Shown here: positions 38,791 to 52,029 of the stretch, piece by piece
How positions within the stretch are numbered: position 1 is the first letter of the stretch
Layout of the letters: each line of letters begins with the position of its first letter
The notes under the pieces: model-generated
The model's database searches: none
What the model saw: only the letters and a program-made list of their open reading frames with translations
Told to the model about the DNA's origin: nothing
Made by a program: the position numbers and the translations under genes
Assembly (NCBI RefSeq): GCF_004010195.1
Contig: NC_057749.1
Location: 13,944,974-14,008,973 of the forward strand
Source of the DNA: Chiloscyllium plagiosum
Lineage: Eukaryota
Length of the DNA stretch: 64,000 nucleotides
Reading direction: 5' to 3'

Positions 38791-40174
38791 TTCACTTGAG
38801 AAATCAGTGTCATTTTCACCACATGCAACCCTTGAGAACAAAATTCTGAATCTTTGAGCATAAGACCAGAAGATAATAGGAGCAGAATTAGGCCATTTGG
38901 TATCATTCTCCTCCCTTTTACTCATAACCCTGTAACTACTTAAGATTGCAAGGAGCAGGGGATTGTGCCATTTAAAGAACTATAGATATTCAGCTCAGCT
39001 CAAACAAGTTATTGCATTTGGAAAGGAATGATATATAACATTGGATAGAACATTTCTAGTTGGGGAAAAATGGTGACAGTTGGTTAAAATGAGTGAAATG
39101 TAATGGTTCCTGATTTGCAGTAAGGATTGATAAGGTCATGTGCAACATGGAAAGACAGGTACACTGGAATGTGGCTCATAACATCCTGTTCAGCAAAGCC
39201 AAAGTGTACCTTTCATGGCACATACATAATTAATTTCTTGGTGTGTTCACTCAATGTGCTGAGAATATTTTGAGTCATATTCTGCCTACAAATCCATTTT
39301 TGGATTGAGGGGCAAAGGCCAAAACAGAGACGATTCGTATAGTACTGATGCCTCAAAACTGGGTGGCAAATTGGAAGGAACCAATTACAGATTCATAGAG
39401 TGCCTAAAATGCTAATGAGTAGGACTGCTTGATATCCATTGATATTTGATCCTGCTGCTACTCATTAAAACAGATTCATAATCCAAAACTATTCAATCAC
39501 TACAACTCGGACAACGCAGTTTATAAAAATGTATTTTGGCAAATTTGATTTTAGCATTGGTAACTAAAAGTGAATTCCAAAGTGTTCTGAGATAATGGAT
39601 ATGGAATAGTTAATTTGTGAGCTAAATTGAAATCTGTGCCCACTGAGATATAACACTGAGTGAAGCATTGAGCAGACAGTCTCCTACTGTGTACATGTCT
39701 TACCTATCTCTTTAGTAATAGCTAACGTGCCTAAGATCTAATGTAATCGATATATCATTTACTGAGATGTAATAAACTGCATCCTGTTATTCAAGACAAG
39801 ATCCTGCTGCTGAGACCAATTTGTGGTCAATCCACAACAGACTACAGAACAGCACAGGAAGGAGGGTTTGTGTTGGCACTATACCCCATCCACAATTGGT
39901 TGGTGCCCAGGCATATACTATACCATATTGGCTTTCTGTTTACTGTTATAACACAGAAGTCTAGAACCTTTGATTTACATTTTCCTGGATAGAAGGAAAC
40001 AAAGGTTGAGATTTCCTGTTTTTTATCTACAAGCTCTGATTTTTTTCTGCATACAAATATCCTGCTGTTGAGATAATCACAGGATAGTGACTATTGAATA
40101 TATAATCCTGGATTAATTGTTTTGACCAAATCCCTAAACAGGAAATTGCATTTAACAAGAAAAAGAACTGCAGA

Positions 40175-41222
40175 TAGAGTCAGACAGCACGGACACAGTC
40201 CTTTCAGATCAACTAATTTATGATGACCAAATTTCCCAAACTGCATTTAGCTTATTTCCCTTAAACCCTCATATTCGTGCTGCCATCCAATTGTCTTTCA
40301 AATGTTGTAACTGTGCCTGCATCTACCACTTCGTCTGGAAGTTCATTCCACATACGAATCATCTTATGTGTGGAAAATTTGCCCCGAGGATCCTTTTAAA
40401 TCCTTCTCCTCTCACCTTAAAAATATGTCCCCTAATTTTGAACTTCAACACCCTACAGAAAATACCTTTGCTATTTATCTATGCCTCTCATGAGTTTATA
40501 AACCTCCATAATGTTACCTCTCAACCTCCTCCTATGCTTCAGAGAAAAATGCCCCAGCCTATCCAGCCTCTTCTTACAACTCAAACTCTTCAGCCCTGGT
40601 AATATCCTCATAAATCTTTTCTGCACCTTCTCCAGTTTAATACTATCCTTCCATAGCAGGGCAAACAGAACCAAACACCTGTACAACTTCAACATGACAT
40701 CCCAACTGTTATACTCAATGGTCTGAACAATAAAGGCAAGTGTGCCAAACACTTCCTTTACTACCCTGTCTACCTTTCAAAGATATATGTACCTGAACCC
40801 CTAGGTCACTGAAAAGACTCCTCAGGGCCCTAACATCAACTGTTTAAATTCTGCCCTTGTTCGTCTTTAAAAAAAAATCTCTCACATTTATCTAAATTAA
40901 ACTCCATTTGATATTCCTTAGATCATTGGCCCAATTTGGTCAAGATCCTATTATAATCTTAGATAACCTACTTTATTACCAATTTTGGTGTTATCTGCAA
41001 ACTTACTATCCATATTTCCCATATTCTCATTTAAACTGTATATAAATATGACAAATAGCAGTAGATCCAGCACAGATCATGTGGAACACTGCTGGTCACA
41101 GGCCTCCAGTCTGAAAAACAACCCTCCACTGCCACCCTCTGCTACTGTCAATCCAATTTTGTATCCAATTAGTAAGCTCTCTCTGAATCCCATGTGATCT
41201 AACTTTAGTAACCTTGTCAAAG
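40175..41222 (-). mobile_element. CR1 LINE fragment
   Basis: ORF 40471..40752(-) KLEKVQKRF..RRLRGN..VYK; FADNTK-like motif near 40985-41000. Confidence 0.85.
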
Positions 41223-41800
41223 GATGCTGGAAATCTGAAACAAAAACAAAAATTAATGGAAAAACTCAGCAGGTCTGAGACAATCTGTGGAGAGAGGAAC
41301 AGGGTTAACATTTTGAATCCAGAGTCCTTTCTTCAGAACTGATTGCAACAGGGTATAAGTAGGTATATTGTATATGCTGAAGTTAGCATGGGGGGAATGG
41401 AGAGGAAGAAACTATAGATGGAGATGGACCCTAGAGAGAAAGTACTGTAGTTGGGCAGACAAAGGAATGTGTAAAAGTCTGCCTAGGAGAACAAATAGCT
41501 GCTAACAAGAACAATAGTGGCTGACAATGGATTGTGTGTGGTAGCAGCCCTGGTGATGACAAAGCCTGGTGTGTGGGGGTTGGGTTAAGGACATGGAAGA
41601 AAATGTTCAAGCCCTAAAATTGTTTAAATAGATATTAAGTCCAGAAGGCTATAGGGTTCCCTAGCAGGAAATGAGGAGCTGTTCTTCCAGTTTGCGCTGA
41701 GATTTCATGGAGCAAGGTAGCAAGCCTGAGACCAGAGGCCAGGCTCTGACCTTTGGCCAGAGAACACAGTGTTGAGGGGGCAGACAACTGGCAGCTCAAG
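41223..41800 (-). mobile_element. 3' end of a Penelope-like element: GIY-YIG C-terminus plus family-C pLTR
   Basis: Minus strand about 41800-41620 translates LELPVVCPLN..SQRKLEEQLLI..GTL*PSGLNI; decayed core ctgaagaaaggactctggattcaaaatgtt near 41307-41336. Confidence 0.7.
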
Positions 41801-42559
41801 GTAGTTTTGCATTATGCAAATTGCATATGTCCCATGGAACAAATAATCAAGGTTGGCTGAATTTTTTTTTGTCTTTTTCAATTATACGTACTAGGTGGTG
41901 TTCAGTAATGTTGACCACAGGTAGTCTGAGCTCCGGTATGTAATCATAACATTTAGCTGTTAACATCAGTTGCTCTTTTAGGCTACTGCTCAGAAATACA
42001 CATTGGGAAAGTGATCTAATTAGAATTGGAAGTTAATTAGTGAATTGTTGTTCCTGCAAGTAACTGCTGCTTATTATCAAAAATTAAGAGGAAAAGCAAA
42101 AACTAGTCACTGGATTTTTAAAGTCTTGTTCATGCATTTAAAAACTTAATATAAAAATGAAGTAGGTAATATATATATGAATGTTTCAAAATAATTTTGA
42201 AACCAAAGAGCATAATGCTGTAAATGTTGAAGATTTTAAATAAGAATGATCACTTTTCTTCAAAATCCACAGAACAGAGATTCTACTTTAAATTGGAAGC
42301 GTGGAGGTGCTATTAATTGTACTTGGCAGACACATTAGGCATATGTGTGACTCATCTTCCTGTAAACCCCTGTATGATATCATTGAACAATCTGTACTAT
42401 GATCACATAATGCTTTACTTACAGACCCTAACTATTGATGATTTCTTTTCTGTGAATTGCTTCCTGAGACTTGTGTTAAACTACTGTGTGTTTATAGCTA
42501 ATTGCCTTTTTATTAATTGCATGTATGCATATGTAGGGAAAATACACTTAGAGGAAGCA

Positions 42560-43545
42560 ACAAAGGTTTACCAGACTGATTCCTGGAATGAGGAATTTGT
42601 CCAATGAGAAGAGGTTAAGTGGTTGGCCTATATTATTTAGAATTTCAAAGAGTGAGGTGTAACAAAGTTTGAAGGAACTTCACAGGGAAGATGCTGGGAG
42701 GATGTTTCCCCAAAGTGGGATGAGGAAAGCGATGTTTCATACTAGCAGAATAAGTAGCTGGGAATTTAGGACTAAAATGGGGAAGAATTTCTTCACAGTG
42801 ATTCTCTGAGCCTCCACTGGTATAAAGAATGATGTGGAAATGCCGGTGTTGGACTGGGGTGGACAAAGTCAAAAATCACAAGACAACAGGTTACAGTCCA
42901 ACAGATTTATTTCAAATCACAAGCTTTAGGAGCGCTGTTTCTTCATCAGTTGAAATGGAGGGAGGCACATAGGCACAGGATATTTAGGCAGATAGATAAT
43001 GGCAAGATAATTCCAGGTAGTTAAGAATATCAACAGATAAGTACAAATAATGTGAGTACAGTGTCGACAGGCTGAGTAATAAGTCTTTGCAGGTAATCAA
43101 GACAGTCAAGGGATTAATGCAAACAGTGTGAGTAAACTGTCGACAGCTGAATAACAAGTGAAGGGATGACCTATGAACCAATTAATTAAGGCAGAGAAAT
43201 AATTACAAATAATTGAAAATAAAATGGTGCTAGAGACAGACCAATTGACTGGAATAACATGAGTATCACAGTCGCATGACGAGGGTCTAACAAAAGTAAG
43301 AAGTTATCAAAAACTACAAATTAATTCAAGCAGACAAATAATCACGTAACAATAAAGAATGTCAGTTTTAAAATATACTCTATTAAGAGACAGACAGATT
43401 TTTGGGTACGAACAGAGTTAAGGGAGATGGGGATTATGCGAGATGGTAATATTGAGGTAGAAAATCAGCTATGATTTTATTGCACACCAAGAAGGGTCCA
43501 AAGTCTGAATGATCTATTCTTACTTCTGTTTCTTAGACTCTTGTA
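42560..43545. mobile_element. Old CR1 (+) interrupted by a family-B PLE fragment (-, about 42830-43330)
   Basis: CR1 tail motifs on both sides; gatgtggaaatgccggtgttggactggggtggacaaag...ttcttcatcag matches family B. Confidence 0.6.
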
Positions 43546-44281
43546 TTTCAATGGGATGAACAACACAAGAGAGTGTTGTATGTACTCTCCCAATCTGGAA
43601 GCCATACTTTGACAGTGTGATGGTAGTGCTAGTTTCTTCAAGGCAGTGTGCATTTACATTGGATGATTCACTACCATATGATTCATCCTTATGTAGCATA
43701 ACGGCCTATATTATTGGATTAATAATTCAGAAAAGAAATCCCACCTGCATTTACTGTTTATCTTAACTTCATTTTTTCTAATTTATTCATACGACCTATA
43801 ATGCAGGAATATTTATTTCTTTACTTTTCTAATTCTTTCTGTTTCCTAAGAATTTGATTTTAAGCATCTGTACCTATGTACTTTTGTACCTAAGATGTTG
43901 CTGTACTCATTTGAGCTGCATGGTGGAAAGAAATCCTCTAAATCTATGCAAATATTCAGCTGAACCTCATTTTGCCCCTGCCTGCCCTCTGGGGGAATTG
44001 AACAATTTTCTTTGTGTGAATAATAAACTGTGCCAATGTGACTCTTTGGATGAGCCGTGATGTAAATGTAAATGCAGTGCGTAAAATAAAGAATTATTTT
44101 ATAATGCTAACGGGCAGAACCATAGGCTGAAGAATTGTAACTCTTAATTTAGTATAATGCCAGGTACTTCGACTCAATTACTTGTAATACTAGGATTGGT
44201 TAGCTCAGTTGGCTGAACAACTGAGTTGGGTTTGGGATGCAGATTATGACATGCATGGGACTCAATTCCTGCACAAATTGA

Positions 44282-44506
44282 TGATTCGGAGATGCCAGTG
44301 TTGGACTGGGGTGTACAAAGTTAAAAATCACACAACACCAGGTTATAGTCCAACAGGTTTAATTAGAAGCACACTAGCTTTCGGAGCGACGCTCCTTCAT
44401 CAGGTGATTGTGACAATCACCTGATGAAGGAGCGTCGCTCCGAAAGCTAGTGTGCTTCCAATTAAACCTGTTGGACTATAACCTGGTGTTGTGTGATTTT
44501 TAACTT
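44282..44506. mobile_element. Young, near-perfect palindromic family-B PLE mini-insertion
   Basis: 96-bp arms 44316-44411 and 44413-44508 (one mismatch, 1-nt spacer); 34-nt tail 44282-44315; 12-bp TSD TGCACAAATTGA at 44270-44281 and 44507-44518. Confidence 0.9.
44418..44452 (+). ncRNA. Minimal hammerhead ribozyme motif (family B); identical mirror copy on - at 44372-44406
   Basis: CAC CUGAUGA A GGAGC GUC GCUCC GAA AGCU A GUG: 5-bp stem II, palindromic AGCU stem III, CAC/GUG stem I. Confidence 0.75.
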
Positions 44507-44986
44507 TGCACAAATTGAGGTTACTATGAAGGACTCTCCTTCTCAACCTCTCCCCTCACCTTAGTGACCCTCAGGTTAAACTATCCCCAGTCAGCTAATG
44601 AGAGAGCAGCCCTGTGGTCTCGTAAGACTGTGGTGACTTTGCCTTTAATAACAAACACTGGTTTAGGGAATGAAAAGTATTAGTGAAATTGGTTCATCTT
44701 TGGTTAGCAAAATTACAATTGAACAAGGAGTTCCATTTAAGAAAATCCTTCATTCTTTCATGGATAGGCAGCATTTACTGCCCATCTGTAATTGTGGTTG
44801 AACTGAATGGATTACCAGCCATTTTAGAAGGCAATAAAGAGGCAGCCACTTTACAGTGGATGTTAAGCAATATGTAGCTAGACCAAGCAAGGACAACAGA
44901 TTTTCCTTAAACACATTCGTGAATCAGATGTCATTTTATTGCAATTGTGATTGTCTCAGTGATGGTGCCTCTGAAAATAAAAAGGT

Positions 44987-45301
44987 GGGTGGCACGGTGG
45001 CACAGTGGTTAGCACTGCTGCCTCACAGCGCCCGAGACCCGGGTTCAATTCCCACCTCAGGCGACTGACTGTGTGGAGTTTGAATGTTCTCCCCGTGTCT
45101 GTGTGGGTTTCCTCCGGGTGCTCTGGTTTCCTCCCACCGTCCAAAAAGATGTGCAGGTTAGGTGAATTGGCCATGCTAAAATTGCCCATAGTGTTAGATA
45201 AGGGGTAATGTAGGGGTATGGGTGGGTTGCACTTAGGCGGGTCGGTGTGGACTTGCTGGGCCGAAGGGGCTGTTTCCACACTGTAATGTAATCTAATCTA
45301 A
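44987..45301 (+). mobile_element. Full-length HE1/V-SINE
   Basis: tRNA A/B boxes (tggcacagtggtt; ggttcaattccc), V-domain, (aatct)n tail. Confidence 0.9.
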
Positions 45302-45996
45302 CTTCCAATTAAACTTAAATTCCACCAGCTGTGAAGGTGAGATTAGCCTGAGTTTCTGGGTTGCTAGGCCAATGACTTTACCACTACACTGCCGTCTCCC
45401 CTGAAAATAAAGTGGACTTAGAATGTTTGCCTCATTGGATACAGACTACTGAGAAATATATTACAGTAGCAGAGATGAGAAAATTAATACTACCATAGCA
45501 TGTCAGTCTGAAAGGCAGAGGGGAGCAATGAGTATTTGTCACAAGCTAGTAACGTATAAAGATATTTAAATATGACAGAAGTACTTGTAATATTTGATAT
45601 TCTAATCAAAATCATTGGTAAAGGTATGCATAGATCACTCATGATTATTTTATGAGTGTTCAAGTAAATCTTGGATTGCTCTGTAAGACGAAAACTGGAT
45701 TGTCTTCGAAAATAATTTGATATAAGTCCACGTAAGTTGAGAACAAAGATCGATGATAACGGAATGGCAATATATTCATTTTCCACAAGAGGGCAGTTTT
45801 CAGCATAGACTATAGAAGCAACTCATCAGATAGGTTTAACATTCAGAACTGATCACTCTATCTTATTCTCTGTATACATGCTTCCTGACCATGTATTTGT
45901 TTTATTTCTGTCCTGTATTTTTAGAAATGTTCAGTATTTGTCAAATGCAAAGTAACAACAAGAAGGGTCAATTACCTTTAAACATTAACTATTTTA

Positions 45997-47668
45997 GAAT
46001 CATACAGCATGGAAACAGACCCTTAAGTTCAACTCTTCTGCGCTGACCAGATATCCTAACCTGACCACGTACCATTTGCCAGCATTTGGCCCCTATTCCT
46101 CTAAACCCTCCCTGTTCATAAACCCATCTAGAAACCTTTTAAAATGCTGTAATTGTATCAATCTCCATCACTTCCTCGGACAGCTTGATCCATACATGCA
46201 CCATCCTCTGTATGAAAAAAGATACCCCTCGGGTCCTTTTTAAATCTTTCCTCCCTCACTTTAAATCTAAGCCCTCCAGTTTTGGACTCCCCCCATCCTA
46301 GGAAAAAGCTTTTCCCTATTGTTCAAACCCTTCAATCCTGGCAACATCCTTGTAAATCTTTTCTGTACCCTTAGGGCTTTAACAATTAATGGTAGAGCTT
46401 TGGGCAGTGTTTTAGAACAGAAGAACTGAGGGGTGAAAGTACAGAATTCTTAGAAGTGTGTGTCATATATACACAGGGTGGTTAAAAAGGTATTCAGTAC
46501 ACTTACCTTCATTGTTCAGTCCTTAGAGTGTAGGAGTTGGGATGTCATGTTGAAGTTGAACAGGATATTGGTGAGGCCTCTTCTGGAATATGGTGTCCAG
46601 TTCTGGTTGCCCAGTTACAGGAAGGTTATTATTAAGCTGGAGGGAGAGATTTACCAGAATGTTGCCAGGTATGGAAGGCTTGAATTATAAAGAAAGGCTG
46701 GAAGGGCTCCTTTTTCACAGGAGCGTAGAAAGTTGAGAGGTGACCTCATAGAAGTTTATAAAATAATGAGGGGTATAGACAATGTTAGTTGTCTTCTCCC
46801 TAGGATGGGGCGGAGGTGGTTTCAAGACTAGGGGGCACATTTTTAAGGTGAGAGGAGAGAGATTTAAAAAAGGCGAGGGCCAAATTTTTTACACAGTGGG
46901 TAGTTTGCGCGTGGAAAGAACTTCATAAGGAAGTGGTGGATGTGGATACAATTACAACATTTAAAAGGACATTTGGATAAGTAAATGAACAGGAAAGATT
47001 TGGAGGGATTTGGGCCAGGAGCAGACAGATGGGACTAGTTTAGTTTGGGATTATGCTGGTGTTTTAAAAAATTCTCAAGGTCAAGGACCAGGCTCGCAGG
47101 AAAGTAGTCTGACACAGAACAAACAGCCAAGAGGCGAGTCTGCTAGAATATAAGTGTTTTATTCCCCGCAGCGTCGCCACAACCAGGTCTCGTACTTACA
47201 ACGGGTCTGGTTTATACTCACTCTACGTGTTACCGGAACTGGGAGCCGTCAGTTCTCGTAGAGCGGTTGCCAACAACCCACGCTCGGCGGTTAAACGCAA
47301 CCCCGGAGCAGACTCTACCGAACTGGAGACTTTTCCAGCTGATATACTCTTTTCGAGATCTAAACATTCATGTGAACAGCAGAGCAAGGCTGAAAAACAC
47401 ATTCCATTCTGGTCACATACAGATAAGAAGATTCACACGGGAAGGTGTGTAATAAGATTCACACGGGACTAAGCGACACCTTCCATTTTCGGTTAGATTC
47501 ACACATGTATTGGGACACAATTTTAACCCCTTCACCACATTCCACTGCTTGGCCCAATACATGTGTTACATTATGATTCACACATGTATTGGGACATAAT
47601 TTTACACCACAGCTGGGTATGGACTGGTTGGATCGAAGGGTCTGTTTCTGTGTTGGATGACTATGATT
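45997..47668. mobile_element. Two CR1 3' fragments back to back (- 45997-46372; + 46373-47668, split by an LTR)
   Basis: Tails point outward; ORF 46460 LVRPLLEYGVQFWLP; 3' UTR resumes after 47611. Confidence 0.8.
47060..47611 (-). mobile_element. Young solo LTR (552 bp)
   Basis: TGT...ACA ends, 5-bp TSD GCTGG (47055-59 and 47612-16), minus-strand AATAAA near 47158-47163, TATA-like near 47345, repeats in the U3 part, CpG-rich. Confidence 0.8.
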
Positions 47669-48045
47669 CTACATCGTTGGTATCAATGTGAACAATGACC
47701 TCCTGCTGGGTATTCACTCCTTTCAGATTCTTCTGCACCCAATCCCAGAAATCCTTGATCTTGGCAATAGGGAAGCAACACACCATCCTGATGTCTTGCT
47801 GACAGCCACAAAATCATCTGTCTGTGCCCCAGACTAAACAGTTACCAATCGCAAACGATTGTTTGGAACCTGAGATACCCCTCATTCCAGTGGAGCCACT
47901 CATGATACCAGAAACCTGGCAGTCAGTGCTATACCCCCCTGACAGGCCATCGCCCACTACAGAATAGCATACTTGCTAGAGATGGGGGTAGCCATAGGAG
48001 ACTCCTGCACTATGTGGCTACCTCTCCCATCATTCCTAGTGGTCA
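47668..48045 (-). mobile_element. CR1 ORF1 (SGNH esterase) fragment
   Basis: Minus translation QQEVIVHIDTNDV, similar to 52990-53030. Confidence 0.7.
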
Positions 48046-48102
48046 GGAGTAGCACTCCTGGAATATCCACTTTACACCTGCTTAAAACAACTCGCAAAGT
48101 TA

Positions 48103-49202
48103 GAGTCAGAGATATACTGCACAGAAACATACACTTCAATTCACCTTGTCCATGCCAACCATATCCTATATAAATCTAGTCCCATTTGCCAGCATTTGGC
48201 CCATATCCCTCTAAACCCTTCCTATTCATACACCCCTCCAGATGCCTTTTAAGTGTTGTAATTGCACCAGCCTCCACCACTTCCTGTGGCAGCTCATTCC
48301 ATACACGTACCACCCTCATGTGAAAAAGTTGCCCCTTTTATCTTTCCCCTCTCATCTTAAACCTCTAGTTTAGGACTCCCCCACCCTGAGGATATGTACT
48401 CACCCTCATGATTTTATAAACCTGCATAAGGTCACCCCTCAGCCTCCGACACTCCAGGGAAAGTAGCCCCAGCCTATTCAGGCTCTCCCTATAGCTCAAA
48501 TCCCCCAACCCCGGTGTGGGGATGCTGCTCCTTTAACAAGGTTGTGTTGTCTTGTATTTTTTAAACCAAAAGTGTTTTAAGACACAGGTTCCGGATTATC
48601 TGGCTTGAACTACCTGAAGAAGCTTTTAAGTTAATAAAAACACTTGTACAATGAAAGGGGTGTGGCCAATTCTCCCAGCTCAGCTTCTCTCTGGTTTGGT
48701 TTGGGTTTTAGCAGTCTGGTTGTTCAGAGAAAGCAGTCAAGTCAGTTTTGAGGCTGCTGGTCAAAGACACAACTACACGGAAGAAGGTGTTCCATGCTGA
48801 CATCTCTCCTGTAAGACCCTTGGATGGATTTTACCTTTTTTGCCAAGGGGTGTTCATGGGGATTGTTGCAAATAGTTGGAACAGCATAATTAAATTGGGA
48901 TAATCTGTGGGGTTTTTGGATAGGTTAAGTTATTCTATATTCTGTTCACTTCTGTTTGTGTTTCATTTGGTAATCTTGCAAATAAATTCTGTTTTGTTTA
49001 AAACTAAGTGGTGGGCAAGTTGCATCACTCCTGGAATATCCACTCTACACCTGCTTAAAACTACTCACAAAGTTAGGGTCTAGGCTACTTTCTTAAAATG
49101 CTTTGAGGGGGTCTGGCCTGGTCCATAACACCTGCAACATGCTCGTAAATCTTTTCTGAACCAGTACATATTTTACAACATCCTTCCTATAGGAGGGAGA
49201 CA
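48103..49202 (-). mobile_element. CR1 3' fragment split by a solo LTR
   Basis: CR1 sequence ...tcccccaacc| resumes as |gcaacatgctcgtaaatc after 49130. Confidence 0.8.
48515..49130 (+). mobile_element. Solo LTR (616 bp), Gypsy/ERV-like
   Basis: TG...CA termini, imperfect 4-bp TSD CCGG/CCTG, AATAAA near 48981. Confidence 0.65.
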
Positions 49203-52029
49203 AGTGATGCCAGATCTGCTGAGTTTGTTCAGCAATTTCTGTTTTGTTTGAGGGCCCACATATTTGGATTATTACTTATTAGTGAAATGGAAGTATAATT
49301 GTAAAAGTTAGATAAATAAATGATTAAATTTGCCCGTTTTTCCTCCTGTCACCTTTTGTTTTCTGTATAGCATTCTGGATACCAGAGTGGATAGTAATGA
49401 CATTGGGATGGGAAGGGGAAGATGGGCCTTAAATTATAATGCAAAGTTCACCAAACTGTGATTGTTCCCATTGCAGATCGATTGCAAGGCAAAGATCGTG
49501 TAACTTGTTACAGAGTGTGCTTGTTTGGGAGTCCCTCAGAACAATGATGGCACTTGCTCATGGCAAGATCCTGATGGAGTATTTTAAGATGTGGAGGTTG
49601 TTGTGCTGTAGCCACCATACATAGTTCTGGTCAACCAGGAAACTCTCCTACTCTTACCACTTGCCAAGAAATGTACTGGTAGGATTTGTAGGCTGACAAC
49701 CAATCTGTTTGGCCCCGTTACAGTCTGTGTGCCTCAAGATCTCCTCATAGCAAAGTGAACTTGTCATAATTGGTGAACAGGTTCACTATATTGTTCTTTT
49801 AAAATCACACTAAGAACTTGCAATAATTTGGCACCTTATCACATCCCCAGGAAGACCTATGGTACTATCAAAACAATTGCTTTACTCTAAATGTAGTTTA
49901 GATTAAATGCAATAATTGTTAAATAGACAAATATAAAAGACACTTTCATACATAGCAAGTTACCACAAACTAATGAGAGAAAAGCCAGTTGAACTTCACT
50001 TGCCTGGATAGTTTGCATCTCCAACAACACTGGAGAAGCTTAATGGCATTGAGAAAAAGCAGTCCACTAGATTGGCCCTCAATTCACCACCTCAAATATT
50101 AATATCCCACCATTTCCGCATAGTGGCAGCAGTGTGTACGATCTACAGCGACATCTCATCAAGGCTCCTTAGACGTCATCTTTCAACCCCTACAACCTCT
50201 ATCACTGAGAATGGCAAAGGTAGAAGAAACATGCAAACACCATAACCTGCAAGTTTTTCCCCTTACTCCCCAAAGCCACACATCATCCTGACTAGGAACT
50301 ATGTAGACCTTAGATCACTGTCACTGGGCCCGAATCATGCATCTCTCCCCGTAACAAAACTGTGGGTGTACCGATGCACCATGGACTGCTAAGGTTCAAG
50401 AAGGCAGCCCACCACCATTTTCTCAAGGGCATTTAGAGATGGGCAATAATTGTTGATCCAACCAGCGATGCCCATGTCCTGTGAACAAATAAAAAAAACT
50501 ATTGATGACTAAAGAGTAGAACGTCCTTTGAATAAACTCACTGGATCATCCATGCCCACATGATAGTGACCTTAACATTTCATCTCAATAAGTACACCTT
50601 GAATCAATCAACACTTACTTAGTGCTGTACTGGAGTGACAGCCTCAATTATGCTCTCAAATCCCAGAGTGCAGCTTGAAATCAGTAATGGGAGTACTGCA
50701 CCAACCAAGTAAAATGACCTCAAATTAAAAAGTAATTCTGCCTACAGAATATTAGGAGACAAGCCGACACCAGGAAGATTTTTCATTGGATTATCCTGGC
50801 AAGGTACAGAATTAAAACCTGGAGTAATTAGTTCCAGAAGTGACTGGTTCAGAACATGTATGAAAATGTGTCTTCAGATATGGAACTTGTCTGTAGCATT
50901 CTTCTCCTCTGCACCTTGCGGCTCCCAGCTGCAAGAAAATAAATTGCTATATTTGTTAATTTAATACAGACTAGGCTCAGAAACACAATATCCTGGCTGC
51001 AGAATGCTAAAGATGCAAGCTGTGCAACATGAAAGCAAAGTTTTCCTTTCTGTACTGACTTTTTTTTAAATCATTATGGTGCTTGTCAATAATTAAACTA
51101 TGACTCTTACGAACAATGGATAGTTTTGTAGGAGTGATGTTGTATGTGTTGGCCTGCAGGCCAGACTTCCTGCTTAACAACAGAAAATCAAGAGGTGCTG
51201 CATGTTTAACCTCAATTCATTACAAATCACTTCCAGTTCTAAAATGAGCAGCTCTGCAATTCTGCTTTTTTTTTCGCAAAACACTTCTGCAACAGTTAAC
51301 CAGAACAGCTTGTACTCAGAGTGGGTGTGAAAAGGAGACAAGGCCTACAACAATTAAAACCTTGTGGAAACTTTTAATCAAGGTGTGTGGGTGACATTGA
51401 AAAGGTTTTATTTATTATCAGTCCTCAGTTGTCCTGAAACGGTATTGGGTCTTGTTCTTGAATCATAGCAGTTGTTCTCTGATGCTGCAGCCACAGCTGT
51501 GTTAGTTGTTACCATCTACTAGGGTCTGACTGGGCTATCTGAGACAAGGTGAAACTTGGGAACAGATGATGGTTCCACATAAATTAAGAGGTAATTGAAT
51601 GAGCACTTGACTGGGGGATGTATCAGGACATGTAATCAGTGGTGTTGGAGTTTGTGGCTTCTGCATAGGAATACAACTCTGACAGGAAGAATATATGCTT
51701 GAATTGTTGTCTAACCAGCAAGTAATCTCTGATACTTAACATTTGGAAATAAATTTCTGCAAGTTGTCCCAGCAATAATGAAGGAACCACACTAAATGTC
51801 CAAAATTAAATGGTGTTAAACTGTTTTGGGAACTTGAAGAAGGGTTTCTAATAGCACTTTAGCTCTGGTCGTTCTCAAAAGTAGGAAGACTATTGTCTGC
51901 AACTGGCTGCCAAAGCTCAAGTGAGCTTTTTAAATCAACAACTTGTGGTGCAGGGACATTGCAACCCTGAGCAGCCATTGCTCCCACGACCTAGAGTTCC
52001 TCACCATCAAACTTTGGAAAAAGAACAGA

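Larger units (their letters stand above)
44192..44650 (+). mobile_element. tRNA-derived SINE hosting the family-B palindrome
   Basis: A-box-like tagctcagttgg; body continues after 44518 (gtgaccctcaggttaaac...gagagcagccc). Confidence 0.5.

Noticed and set aside
44987-45060. tRNA gene
   Set aside because: tRNA-derived head of an HE1/V-SINE, continuing into the V-domain.
45997-47054. Twin-primed (5'-inverted) single CR1
   Set aside because: Both halves carry their own 3' ends, so they are two separate insertions.
47430-47605. CRISPR-like repeats
   Set aside because: Irregular U3 repeats within a eukaryotic LTR; no constant repeat-spacer period.
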